Of a DNA stretch of 29,320 nt, positions 8,755-17,868 are shown piece after piece (position 1 is the stretch's first letter; each line of letters begins with the position of its first letter). Source of the stretch: a virus (taxonomy: Duplodnaviria; Caudoviricetes); the IMG/VR virus record IMGVR_UViG_3300017721_000193, positions 1 to 29,320 of that record. One strand, 5' to 3'. Made by a program: the position numbers and the translations under genes. The notes beneath the pieces were generated by a model. It saw only the letters and a program-made list of their open reading frames with translations, was not told where the DNA came from and searched no databases.

Positions 8755-11312
8755 TGGATTACCGTTTAAATCTAAAAGAAAAAACTTCGCAAAATTTTTT
8801 TGTAGCTAGTTTATTTCCTGACTCTGTTATAGATTTTGAATTAGATTTTTATGACGTAGACAATATAGACAAAATAAAAGTACCTGTTAGTATATCTTTA
8901 TCATTGCCTATAGATGATGTTAATGTATCTATATTAGGTTATAATCCTGATTCTACTGCTACCTCGCTGATTCCTACCGATGCTTTTGATTTTGAGCTTT
9001 TTGTTAATGGAAACAAAGTATTAGAGGGAAACATGTATGTTGAGTCTTACTCCTTTAATAACGCTATACCCGTAGCAGAAGTGAGATTAGTAGATAAAAT
9101 ACAGCAAATATTCGCTGATGCTAAATCGACTACGTTTAGCGATATGTACGATTCTTTTGTAGATACAGATTTCTCTAGTTTATTGTCTTCAATGTCAGAG
9201 ACTATAGGCCAATCCCCTCAAACACCTGATGTTTTATTTCCCTATATAGATTTTTGTAACGATACAAGAAAGTTTAACTTTGCTTCTAGACAGTTTCTGC
9301 AATTTGGTTTTGACGATAACAAAGCAGGGTTTGTGCCTGCATTAAATGTAAAGAGGTTCATACAAAAATTTTTCTCTGAGGCAAACACTAATGTTATCAG
9401 TAGATTCTTTAAGATTGGAAATTTTGGTACAGGCATAACAGGAATAGATGTTTCGGATATGTACTTGCTTATACCGGAAAAGCTACAGGCTAAACACACC
9501 ACTAACAATAGAGGGTTTAATCTATTCGAAGGTACTTACGAAATAATGATAAATGAGTACACTGCAGATGCATCGTCCTCTAGCACCGCTAGGGAAAGAG
9601 AAAGTGCTGATTTAGACCCAACATTGGGGTGGAATTATGCTGCCTCACCTAGCACTAAGATAAATTCAGGGTTTGCTCTTTTATACAGGAGTCCTGACAA
9701 GAACACTTTTTTAGATAGCAACCAAGGATATGTCGGCTCAAACATGAGCTACACCGCTAGACCTTTTATTAATGACGTTTTTACTAATAACGCACGCACT
9801 TTCCCTAGTGGGTTTAGATGTGGAATAGAGATACCCATTGTTAGAACCTCAGCAAATAACTACAATTTGGTAACCGATATAAACATAGCTGACTCAACAG
9901 CTGTTTTTAGGATTCAGTCAGTTCTTTTTGAAGACGGTATTATTAAGGAGACTTTTAATATGATGAATACGGACGGCTCTATAAAAGAATTGAGCATAAG
10001 TGATTTAAGCATAGTAGAAGAGACAACAAACGACAGACTTTGGGAGGTCAACGTATCTAATAACTTTAAGTTTATGTATACAGGAAGCGTTTCTCCAACA
10101 GTAGAAAGAAATTGTCAGATAGAAATAACCGATTCAGAATTAGGAGATTTTTATTGGGAACAAAAAGATGTTGATATTGTAGCGGGTTCTCAGTATACTG
10201 TTACCACTCATATTGAATTTAACCGAGGTATTCTGAACTGTGATTACGCATCTTCATGGGTAGACCATCCAACAGAGAATAATCCAAATTTAGGGTTTGG
10301 AGTTGTTAATTCTACTGCTACAGCAGACTTTGAAAATAATGATATAGCAAAATCGATATTCATAAATGATGCGTCCAACTTAGCTAATTTTTATTTAAGT
10401 TTGGTTTCAACGGATGATTATGTAAATCCTTATTTCTCTGATGATGACGTAAATCTAAATTGGATATTTGATAATAGCTCACTGTCTCCTTTTGATATAA
10501 TGAAGGAAATTATCGCTAGGTTTAACTTATCTGTTGTGTACGACCAAAACACATCTAGTGTGCTTATTGACAGGCTAGGAGATTTAAGGGATAGAAATCC
10601 TGACGAAAACATAACTTCCAAAGTAGATGATGCTCAGGAGATAAACATAGAGGTTGTTAGAAAGCAGTTAAGGTCTTTAGAAATATCAACATCTAGTAAC
10701 GGACTTTTCTATGACACATTTGGTTATAACAAAGTAGACATTAATTTAGCGGGTTCTGAGGATGTAAGGTTTGGTCTTGCTTCAAGATTTTATAATGTAT
10801 CTCTTTGTGGTGACGAGGCGGTATCAGATATACCTGACGGGTTTAGCGAGTATGAAATAGGATTTACCTACAATCAATTTACACCTTCTAAAGATATAGG
10901 CTTAGTATTTGGCTACGTTGATTCCGCACAATACAGTACGAATATAAAAAGAGCTAAATTTGTAGACAGAGACGGTTATCGCGGATTAGTGTATAACACT
11001 GAATACAATCATACGTTCCCTAGATTTGTAAAATCAAAGACAGGTGCACTGCCGTTGAATCATTTTGATGAAGATGGAAATGGCACAGCTCTATATAATT
11101 TCTTTAAAGACAATGATAATGTAAAATATTTAAGCAGCCCTAAAATAAAATTTAATGGGTTGATAGAAGAGGAATATGCATTTGATGTAAAAGGGAATTA
11201 CTCTAAAATAGATATAGGGCATATAAACTCAAACGGATTGATAATTAAATCTATCTCAGGTCAGCTCTATGAAGGAGGAATCTACGGAGAGGTAGAAGCT
11301 ATTATATTGTAA
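8754..11312 (+). CDS. Large minor tail / baseplate hub-like protein
   Basis: 852 aa, beta-rich, second gene after tape measure; has YP.ID-like FPYIDF and I..RFNL.V motifs seen in such tail proteins. Confidence 0.65.
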   Translation: MDYRLNLKEKTSQNFFVASLFPDSVIDFELDFYDVDNIDKIKVPVSISLSLPIDDVNVSILGYNPDSTATSLIPTDAFDFELFVNGNKVLEGNMYVESYSFNNAIPVAEVRLVDKIQQIFADAKSTTFSDMYDSFVDTDFSSLLSSMSETIGQSPQTPDVLFPYIDFCNDTRKFNFASRQFLQFGFDDNKAGFVPALNVKRFIQKFFSEANTNVISRFFKIGNFGTGITGIDVSDMYLLIPEKLQAKHTTNNRGFNLFEGTYEIMINEYTADASSSSTARERESADLDPTLGWNYAASPSTKINSGFALLYRSPDKNTFLDSNQGYVGSNMSYTARPFINDVFTNNARTFPSGFRCGIEIPIVRTSANNYNLVTDINIADSTAVFRIQSVLFEDGIIKETFNMMNTDGSIKELSISDLSIVEETTNDRLWEVNVSNNFKFMYTGSVSPTVERNCQIEITDSELGDFYWEQKDVDIVAGSQYTVTTHIEFNRGILNCDYASSWVDHPTENNPNLGFGVVNSTATADFENNDIAKSIFINDASNLANFYLSLVSTDDYVNPYFSDDDVNLNWIFDNSSLSPFDIMKEIIARFNLSVVYDQNTSSVLIDRLGDLRDRNPDENITSKVDDAQEINIEVVRKQLRSLEISTSSNGLFYDTFGYNKVDINLAGSEDVRFGLASRFYNVSLCGDEAVSDIPDGFSEYEIGFTYNQFTPSKDIGLVFGYVDSAQYSTNIKRAKFVDRDGYRGLVYNTEYNHTFPRFVKSKTGALPLNHFDEDGNGTALYNFFKDNDNVKYLSSPKIKFNGLIEEEYAFDVKGNYSKIDIGHINSNGLIIKSISGQLYEGGIYGEVEAIIL

Positions 11313-11316
11313 ATTA
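11307..11316 (+). promoter_or_regulatory. Putative late promoter motif TTGTAAATTA (copy 2)
   Basis: Exact motif containing upstream stop codon, 5 nt before ATG 11322. Confidence 0.65.
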
Positions 11317-11321
11317 TTCAT

Positions 11322-12098
11322 ATGGCTACTTATAACGACTATCCCGCATCTGCATCTAACAACGCTAAGAAAGTTCTTGAGTGGAAGAAGAAGTATGGTA
11401 AGGAGGTTAAGGGAATGACCTCTGTAGGTTGGACCCGTGCAAATCAATTGGCATCTAAAACAAAACTGAGTTATGCAACTATTGCTAAAATGGCAGGCTT
11501 TAATCGTCATAGAAAGAATGCTGCGATTGACCCTAAGTATAAGAACACTCCTTGGAAAGACCGAGGCTATGTTGCTTGGCTTGGGTGGGGAGGAACTTCA
11601 GGAGTTAATTGGGCGATTAAAAAAGCTGAATCAATCCGAAAAGGAACAGTTAAGGCTAGTGCTGACATCAGTGACAACCCGTGGGGTAATCGCAAGGTCA
11701 AAGATGAACTTGCAACGCAAGGAAAGGATGGCTCAATTAAAAAGTCTCCCAAAGCTCCTAAGAGCAGCACTCCTGAAAAGAATCCTAAAGGTGTTGGAAA
11801 AGGTGGAAAGCTATCTGCAAAAGTTATTAAGTCTATAAAAAACAAGATAACTAAGTACAACGAAAAATACCCTGACAAGAAGATTGGCATGGGTGCTGCA
11901 AAACGTGTGGTGCTAAGGGGAATGGGCGCATATAACACAGGGCACTCTCCTAAAGTAACAAGTGCTACACAATGGGGATTAGCAAGACTAAATGCTTTTA
12001 TGTATTTAGTTAAGAACGGAAAGCCATCAAACGCTAAGTATGTACAGGACAATGACCTGTTACCATCTTGGCACAAAAGAAGCAAAAAGAATGGATAA
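11322..12098 (+). CDS. Highly basic two-domain head-module protein (YNDYP...WGG domain plus DUF5824-like domain)
   Basis: N-terminal YNDYP..A.NNA..G..RA.QLA...W..WGG..G..WA; C-terminal V..RG.GAY.TGH.P....QW..AR.N.F; Lys-rich linker. Confidence 0.7.
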   Translation: MATYNDYPASASNNAKKVLEWKKKYGKEVKGMTSVGWTRANQLASKTKLSYATIAKMAGFNRHRKNAAIDPKYKNTPWKDRGYVAWLGWGGTSGVNWAIKKAESIRKGTVKASADISDNPWGNRKVKDELATQGKDGSIKKSPKAPKSSTPEKNPKGVGKGGKLSAKVIKSIKNKITKYNEKYPDKKIGMGAAKRVVLRGMGAYNTGHSPKVTSATQWGLARLNAFMYLVKNGKPSNAKYVQDNDLLPSWHKRSKKNG

Positions 12099-13143
12099 GG
12101 ATTTACCATTATACGATATTACACTTGAGGATTTTGAACAGGGAATGTACAAGATTTCTCTCGTGGACAAACCTGCGATTGAGGAAAACTTCATCTACTT
12201 CAATAAGACTGAGGTGGTAGAGATGTTTACCAACGAAGAAAGAAGAGAGGTAGTAGGACCTATTATGATTCCTAATAAGGAGATTCTACGCCACAGTCCG
12301 GAAAACGGATATTACTATGTTAGGTTCACGGAAGATACAATCCGTGATATTATGTACAACTACTCTAAGAAAGGTTTGTTCAACGAATTTGGTATTCACC
12401 ATGAGTATGATACTCAAGATGTGGTGATGCTTGAAGTTTGGATGAAAGAGTCTGATAACGATAAGTCAACTGACTATGGTTATAAGCTACCAAACGGAAC
12501 TGTATTTGTCAAGGCTAAAATTGAGTCTGACGAATTGTTTAGCGCGATTAAAGAAGGAGAGGTTAATGGCTTCTCTATCGAAATTCAAGCTGATATTAAA
12601 CCCGTAAATAATAATAACATGAATGAATTTAATTTTGCTAAAGAACTAGGCAAGATGGAAGCTTCTTTTGAAGCTAACGTCTCTAAGTTCGAGGCACAGA
12701 TTATTGCTTTGGAAGAGGAGAATGCTACTCTTCTAGAAGTATTGACCTCTTTTGAAGAGAAGTTCGCTAGCGTTGAAGACCTAAAGTCTGCTGTCGAAAT
12801 GATTCAAAAGCACATCGCTGCGATGGCTGAAAATCACGAAGAAGAAGAAGAAAAGCCTGAAGAAGAGAAAGAAGAAAAGGAAATGGCCGAAGAGAAACCT
12901 GAGAAGTACATTGCTCCTGCAGGTGAAGAAGCGGTTGTTGTTGAAAGTAAAAAAGAAGAAGAAGAAGAAGACAAGTATTCTGCTGAAGAAGAAGTTTCTG
13001 AAGAACAAGTTGAGGAGCAATTTGCTGCTGAACAAAAAGCTGAAGAGGTTGCTGAAACTGTAGAAGACAAGACCGTAGTCTTTAATGCAATCACTGCAGA
13101 AAAGGTAAGTATGGTTAATGATTTCTTTAACAGATTCAAATAA
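12091..13143 (+). CDS. Prohead serine protease (XkdF/S78-like) fused to acidic scaffold-like region
   Basis: ISLVDKPAIEENF, GPIMIPNKEI, IHHE, IKEGEVNGFSIE motifs; Glu-rich coiled-coil C-half; upstream of capsid gene. Start moved to ATG 12091. Confidence 0.85.
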   Translation: MDKDLPLYDITLEDFEQGMYKISLVDKPAIEENFIYFNKTEVVEMFTNEERREVVGPIMIPNKEILRHSPENGYYYVRFTEDTIRDIMYNYSKKGLFNEFGIHHEYDTQDVVMLEVWMKESDNDKSTDYGYKLPNGTVFVKAKIESDELFSAIKEGEVNGFSIEIQADIKPVNNNNMNEFNFAKELGKMEASFEANVSKFEAQIIALEEENATLLEVLTSFEEKFASVEDLKSAVEMIQKHIAAMAENHEEEEEKPEEEKEEKEMAEEKPEKYIAPAGEEAVVVESKKEEEEEDKYSAEEEVSEEQVEEQFAAEQKAEEVAETVEDKTVVFNAITAEKVSMVNDFFNRFK

Positions 13144-13144
13144 A

Positions 13145-13154
13145 TTGTAAATTA
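13145..13154 (+). promoter_or_regulatory. Putative late promoter motif TTGTAAATTA (copy 3)
   Basis: Exact motif in the intergenic gap before the major capsid gene. Confidence 0.7.
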
Positions 13155-13186
13155 ATTAAAACGAACTTTTTTAAAACTAAATAAAA

Positions 13187-14074
13187 ATGGCTGTATCTAT
13201 TTCTAATTTGCCTTATGGCGACCGTAGTCGTGACTTGTTCATCGATTCTATGGTAAAATCGGCAGCGGTTCTTAACCGTTTCCGTCTTATCGATGGTGTT
13301 AAAGCAAAGGTTAACGTACCTATCTTTGACGCTGCATTAACTTTTGGCACGGACATCTGTGCTTGGGACCCTCAATCTACTGCTAGTATCGGTGAGAAAG
13401 AGATGACTGTATCTGATTACAAGTGGTCTTTCTTAAACTGTAAAACTGCACTAGAAGGTTCTTACCGTGGTCTTTTATTGAAGAAAGGTCAACACAACCC
13501 TGAGACTATGGACGCTGAGTTCAAGGATTGGGTATTTGATTACTTCGCTAAATTGTCTGCTCAAAAAGCATTAACTCTTGCTGCTACTGAATTAGCTACT
13601 GAGATGACTGCTGATGCTTCTGTTATCGATAACGTAATTGCAGGTGGTATTACTTCTGCTAACGTATTGGACCACATGGAAGCTGCTTACGCTCTTATGA
13701 GCGCGGATATGTTGTCTGCTGTTTACGGAGACGCTGACCGTGATTTCAAACCGGCTTTCTTCTTGGGAACTGCTGCTATGCAGGCTTACCAAATTGCTAT
13801 CGCTGAGAAGTTCACTACTACTCCACAGGGTATTGTAGAAGGAAACATTCCTCCTTACTTCGGTATGGAAGTTGTACACTTCGCTTCTTTGGCTGCAGGC
13901 GAGTTTGTATTGTGTGCTCCACAAAACTTGGTTATGTTGACTGACGACTACAATGATGTACGCGCAATCGACATGAAGTACGAACCTGAATTGTCAAGCG
14001 ACAAAATTTGGGGTCAGTTCAAGTTGGGTTTCTCTTACTTGAAAGGTGAGGAAATCGTTTACACTCACGCATAA
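13187..14074 (+). CDS. Major capsid protein
   Basis: 295 aa following protease/scaffold, strong codon bias, A-rich leader, followed by a terminator; resembles flavobacterial phage capsid proteins. Confidence 0.8.
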   Translation: MAVSISNLPYGDRSRDLFIDSMVKSAAVLNRFRLIDGVKAKVNVPIFDAALTFGTDICAWDPQSTASIGEKEMTVSDYKWSFLNCKTALEGSYRGLLLKKGQHNPETMDAEFKDWVFDYFAKLSAQKALTLAATELATEMTADASVIDNVIAGGITSANVLDHMEAAYALMSADMLSAVYGDADRDFKPAFFLGTAAMQAYQIAIAEKFTTTPQGIVEGNIPPYFGMEVVHFASLAAGEFVLCAPQNLVMLTDDYNDVRAIDMKYEPELSSDKIWGQFKLGFSYLKGEEIVYTHA

Positions 14075-14081
14075 ATAAATT

Positions 14082-14110
14082 AAAGAGGGGAGGTTCTTCC
14101 TCCCCTTTTT
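14082..14110 (+). terminator. Intrinsic terminator-like hairpin
   Basis: AGGGGAGG-TTCTT-CCTCCCCT followed by T run after capsid stop. Confidence 0.8.
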
Positions 14111-14134
14111 ATTAACCCTAAAAAACTAAAAAAA

Positions 14135-14677
14135 ATGGCTTGTGATATCACTCTAGCTGATGTGAACTTTTCTTGTGACGACCTAGGAATAGGTGGTTTA
14201 AAGCGTGTTCTTATCGGTAACAAAGCTGACTTGGTTTCAGTTGTTTCAGTAGCAAACGAAGTAGTAACCGTTACACCGGCAACTACAGGTTTGGATACTG
14301 ATGGCGATGTAATCGAGATTCAGTTCAATTTAAAAGACGGTTTCTCTGTATTCAGTGAAGTTAAAACCGTATCTGCTGATGGTGTAGTTTCTGCTGTACC
14401 TACTATCTCTATCGAGATTCCTAAGATGTCTACTACTCACCGTAATGCTTTGGACAACATCGCAAAACCGGGTGCAGAGTTAGTTGCTTTCATCGAGACG
14501 GCTGCCGGAACTTACCACATGGTAGGTTGGGTTTACGGATTGTATGCTGCAACTGTAGATGGAAATTCAGGAACAGGACGTTCTGAGAAGAACCGTTACC
14601 AAATCACACTTACAGGTGAGGAAGACAGCTTGTCTTACTGTATCGAAAGTGCTGAGTGGGCTGACGTAATTGCGTAA
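14135..14677 (+). CDS. Putative major tail tube protein
   Basis: MAC.I......C....GG.K.V N-terminus and G...SGT..SE.N.Y.ITL.G.E C-terminus; follows capsid gene; high-expression codon usage. Confidence 0.7.
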   Translation: MACDITLADVNFSCDDLGIGGLKRVLIGNKADLVSVVSVANEVVTVTPATTGLDTDGDVIEIQFNLKDGFSVFSEVKTVSADGVVSAVPTISIEIPKMSTTHRNALDNIAKPGAELVAFIETAAGTYHMVGWVYGLYAATVDGNSGTGRSEKNRYQITLTGEEDSLSYCIESAEWADVIA

Positions 14678-14684
14678 GCAATTC

Positions 14685-14694
14685 TTGTAAATTA
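14685..14694 (+). promoter_or_regulatory. Putative late promoter motif TTGTAAATTA (copy 4)
   Basis: Exact intergenic motif, 4 nt upstream of a hairpin. Confidence 0.6.
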
Positions 14695-14698
14695 ATAC

Positions 14699-14731
14699 AA
14701 GGGGGAGGGAGTATACCCTTCCCCTTTTTTT
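14699..14731 (+). terminator. Intrinsic terminator-like hairpin
   Basis: AAGGGGGAGGG-AGTATA-CCCTTCCCCTT with a T7 run. Confidence 0.8.
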
Positions 14732-14743
14732 ATTATATAACAT

Positions 14744-15256
14744 ATGAGTTTTAATTGTAGTATTTTCCTAGAGGACATAGACATAAACTGTAATCGACCT
14801 GCTAGGGGAGGTATCAAGAAAGTTGTCTTAGGCTTACAAAAAGACTTGAGTATGACTCTAGACCCATCTGACGAGACAGCAATAACAGCTCTAACGATGA
14901 ATAATTCGGTGGTCTTTGAGCATAACAAGAGAGATGGGGTTACTGCTTTTAATGAGAGCAAAGCAAACAACAGTGGTCTAGGAGTTATAACAACAAACAT
15001 CCTTGTAAGGATACCATCTGTTGATAATAGAATGAATAAGATTGACTATATGTCAAGACGCTCTGACATAGTTTGTATTTTATATCATAATAACGGAAGC
15101 GTAACGGTTAGCGGTTGGATGGATGGTCTAACTATGAACTATAATGCCTCTAGTGGAGCTTCTAAAAATGAGCTTTCGTTTATAGATGTAGAATTAGTTA
15201 CGGAAAGTTGGATAGCTTCATTGGCTAGTCATAACGTAACACCTGTACTTCCGTAA
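14744..15256 (+). CDS. Tail-tube-like paralogue
   Basis: Shares C.I.L.D....C....GG.K.V..G, FNE/FSE, V.GW..GL and SG...E pattern with 14135..14677. Confidence 0.7.
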   Translation: MSFNCSIFLEDIDINCNRPARGGIKKVVLGLQKDLSMTLDPSDETAITALTMNNSVVFEHNKRDGVTAFNESKANNSGLGVITTNILVRIPSVDNRMNKIDYMSRRSDIVCILYHNNGSVTVSGWMDGLTMNYNASSGASKNELSFIDVELVTESWIASLASHNVTPVLP

Positions 15257-15510
15257 TGTATACAAGCACTACAGAAGGTAATAACAGGAATGCAGTGCAG
15301 GTTAACAAAGGATTTGTTGACTATATATTCCCTAATATAGAGGCTTATAATGCGGACTCTATACAGGTGAATAACAATAGAGTAGATTATTTAGTAGGTA
15401 ACAGTGCCTTCTATTCAGAGGTTATTGTAGAGCAGTCTTCGGGTTGGTCTGTAAATTGGAATCTAATAAATTTAGATTGGAATATAGTAAATGTAAATTG
15501 GGAAACATAA
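15256..15510 (+). CDS. Small virion protein with W-x6-W-x6-W C-terminus
   Basis: Coupled by TAATG overlap; ends WNLINLDWNIVNVNWET. Confidence 0.7.
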   Translation: MYTSTTEGNNRNAVQVNKGFVDYIFPNIEAYNADSIQVNNNRVDYLVGNSAFYSEVIVEQSSGWSVNWNLINLDWNIVNVNWET

Positions 15511-15774
15511 ATGGAAAACAATATAACTAAAGACAGAAATTATTTTCAATCTTCAATGGGAGATTTTGGTTTCCGTAAATTAGCAGCGGGTGACACGACA
15601 CCTAGCGGGGAGACATACCGTGTTATTTTATGTCTGCAAGAGGCAAGTATCAATGCTGACTCAGAAGTGGGAGACAGTTTAGTAGGGCAGGTACTTCCTA
15701 CGGGAATGCAAATATTAGGTAAGTTCAATGAGGTATCTTGTTACCAAGGAGTTGTTCTTGCTTATTTAGGATAA
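15511..15774 (+). CDS. Small beta-rich virion protein
   Basis: 87 aa ending LPTG..I.G.F..V....G.V.AY, a pattern common in small structural proteins preceding fibre genes. Confidence 0.7.
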   Translation: MENNITKDRNYFQSSMGDFGFRKLAAGDTTPSGETYRVILCLQEASINADSEVGDSLVGQVLPTGMQILGKFNEVSCYQGVVLAYLG

Positions 15775-15920
15775 TGAGATTAGGATTAGGTATACAAATA
15801 AATTGCACTGCTGCAGTAAACAAAACTCAATTAAACTCCTATGAGTTTGACAGTAGAGTTTGGAGTTTGATATCTATGCGTTGGGAGACTATTAACGATA
15901 CTTGGGAAGAAGAAATATAA
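15774..15920 (+). CDS. 48-aa MRLGLG protein with W-x6-W-x6-W C-terminus
   Basis: ATG overlaps upstream TAA (TAATG); start corrected from 15738; ends WSLISMRWETINDTWEEEI. Confidence 0.7.
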   Translation: MRLGLGIQINCTAAVNKTQLNSYEFDSRVWSLISMRWETINDTWEEEI

Positions 15921-16295
15921 ATGGCTACACTTACAGGAAATAAACCGAAGGATACCTATAAAGGTCTTATAAAGACCTCGGATAACAACGAACTAAGCGG
16001 CTCTAAGCAGCTATCTGACGGTAATGGTAATCTGTTGCCCATTACTGTTTCTACAAGCACTGTGGCACTCACGGGAACCGTCACTTCTAACGGTGAGTCG
16101 TTAACAAGTTTTACTCATAACCAAACCACAACAGCCACTTCTTGGACCATAACACATAACATGGGCAAGAATCCATCTGTAACTGTAGTTGACTCTGCCA
16201 ACAGCTATGTTGTTGGAGAAGTTGATTATATAAATAATAACTCCCTTACTGTGAGTTTTAAATCCGCCTTCAAAGGCAAAGCATACTTAAATTAA
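15921..16295 (+). CDS. Small fibre-associated/adaptor protein
   Basis: N-terminal MATLTG...KDTY.GL.K anchor-like motif; C-terminal W.I.HNMGK.PSVTVVDS...G.AYLN beta domain. Confidence 0.7.
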   Translation: MATLTGNKPKDTYKGLIKTSDNNELSGSKQLSDGNGNLLPITVSTSTVALTGTVTSNGESLTSFTHNQTTTATSWTITHNMGKNPSVTVVDSANSYVVGEVDYINNNSLTVSFKSAFKGKAYLN

Positions 16296-16312
16296 AAATA
16301 AATTAAAAAGAA

Positions 16313-17854
16313 ATGGCTCTTAAACACTTAGTTGACTTAGACTTAGCAGGCAACGAAATTCAAAACGTAGTCTTGCAAAATTTGGCCACAGCACCAACAG
16401 GTGTTGCCGGTCAGATATTTTATGATACAGCAAACTCTGCTGTAAAAGTACACACAGGCTCAGGCTTTGTACGCATTGGCGCAAGTGCTGATGGAACTAC
16501 ACTTACCGAAAGTTCAGGTGTATTTTCTGTAGGCACAATTGCTATTAGCAATACATCAGGACTTCAGACAGCACTAAACGCAAAAGCAGATACTAGTGCG
16601 CTTCCTGAGCCTTCTGCAATTCTTTATGGCGGTGGGAATCCCTCTTTACCTTCAGGTATCACTGCGGCAGAAATCCGTACATTAATTGGAGCAGGAACTA
16701 GCTCTTTATCTTTAGGTAGTACATCAAGCACAGCACTTGCGGGAAATACAACTACTATTACAACTTCGCAGGCTAGTGCAATTACTGCCAACTCAGGTAA
16801 AGTATCGATGGTAATCGGTTCTACAGGTGAGACTGCAATGGCAGGTGATACTAGAACAATCACTAGTTCAGAGATAACTGCTATTAGCAACAACTCCGCT
16901 AAGACCGGAATCACTTCAGCACAAGCTACTGCCATTACTAATAACTCTGCTAAGACAGGTATTACAAGTGCTCAGGCTACAGCTATCAGTAACAACTCTG
17001 CTAAGACGGGAATTACCTCTGCTCAAGCTTCTGCGATTACTGCTAACACTGCTAAAGTAAGTGATACAGGTACACCTGCAATTTTATCTAACGGGACAAT
17101 TCCTTCGTTAAACTCGGGAATATCTGCGGGTGAAATGAGAACATTGATTGGTGCGGGTACTTCTAGCTTTAACGGTGCTTACACTTCGCTTACAAGCATA
17201 CCTAGTACATTTGCTCCTAGTGCACATACGCACGAAATAGAGGAGATTACAGGATTGGAAAGCGCTCTTAATGCAAAAGCACCTGCAGCGTCTCCTGCTT
17301 TTACAGGTACGCCAACGGCTCCTACCGCTGCGGGAAGCACAAATACTACTCAGGTCGCAACTACTGCGTTTGTTGTAGGTGAGATTGGTCGTTTAATTGA
17401 TTCAGCTCCCGCGGCTTTAGATACATTAAATGAGATTGCAGCATCGTTAAATGATGACAGTGACTTTGCAGGAACAATGACTACAGCTCTAGGCACTAAA
17501 CTAGCTGCAAGTTCATACACTGCTGCTGATGTTTTAGCTAAAATCAAAACTGTTGATGGTGCAGGTAGCGGTCTCGATTCAGATAAGTTAGACGGACAGT
17601 CTTCTGCTTACTACAGAAACTACAATAACTTAACTAACAAACCTAGCGTACCTACTTTTGTAAGCAAGTCGGTTACAGGAGCATCTTCAGGTGCTACCGA
17701 TTTAGAATTAGGTTACGGTGGTTACGCTAACATACAGGTTTACGATGAAAACGGAAACTTAGTAGTGACTGACATTGTTCAGAACGGTACAGGTTCTGCA
17801 ACAGCTCAATTACCTAGTGGCGTAGACTTCCGAATTGTCGCTGTAGGAGCGTAA
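16313..17854 (+). CDS. Tail fibre-like protein with internal repeats
   Basis: Ala/Ser/Thr-rich; SPAFTGTPTAPT..QVATTAFV, AP..LDTLNEIAA.L.DD..F and VDGAGSGLD.D.LDG fibre motifs. Confidence 0.85.
   Translation: MALKHLVDLDLAGNEIQNVVLQNLATAPTGVAGQIFYDTANSAVKVHTGSGFVRIGASADGTTLTESSGVFSVGTIAISNTSGLQTALNAKADTSALPEPSAILYGGGNPSLPSGITAAEIRTLIGAGTSSLSLGSTSSTALAGNTTTITTSQASAITANSGKVSMVIGSTGETAMAGDTRTITSSEITAISNNSAKTGITSAQATAITNNSAKTGITSAQATAISNNSAKTGITSAQASAITANTAKVSDTGTPAILSNGTIPSLNSGISAGEMRTLIGAGTSSFNGAYTSLTSIPSTFAPSAHTHEIEEITGLESALNAKAPAASPAFTGTPTAPTAAGSTNTTQVATTAFVVGEIGRLIDSAPAALDTLNEIAASLNDDSDFAGTMTTALGTKLAASSYTAADVLAKIKTVDGAGSGLDSDKLDGQSSAYYRNYNNLTNKPSVPTFVSKSVTGASSGATDLELGYGGYANIQVYDENGNLVVTDIVQNGTGSATAQLPSGVDFRIVAVGA
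16859..17059 (+). repeat. Four tandem ~51-nt coding repeats (ITSAQATAI.NNSAKTG)
   Basis: Seen in translation; third codon positions diverged. Confidence 0.9.
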
Positions 17855-17855
17855 T

Positions 17856-17865
17856 TTGTAAATTA
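17856..17865 (+). promoter_or_regulatory. Putative late promoter motif TTGTAAATTA (copy 5)
   Basis: Exact intergenic motif just upstream of a hairpin. Confidence 0.6.
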
Positions 17866-17868
17866 ATT

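Noticed and set aside
5200-10621. Short antisense ORFs inside the tape measure and tail genes
   Set aside because: Fully nested antisense to well-supported genes, with no motifs or expression signals.
11473-13139. Overlapping ORFs 11473..11838, 11567..12109, 12781..13035, 12834..13139
   Set aside because: Off-frame or antisense shadows of Lys- and Glu-rich genes with low-complexity Phe/Ser translations.
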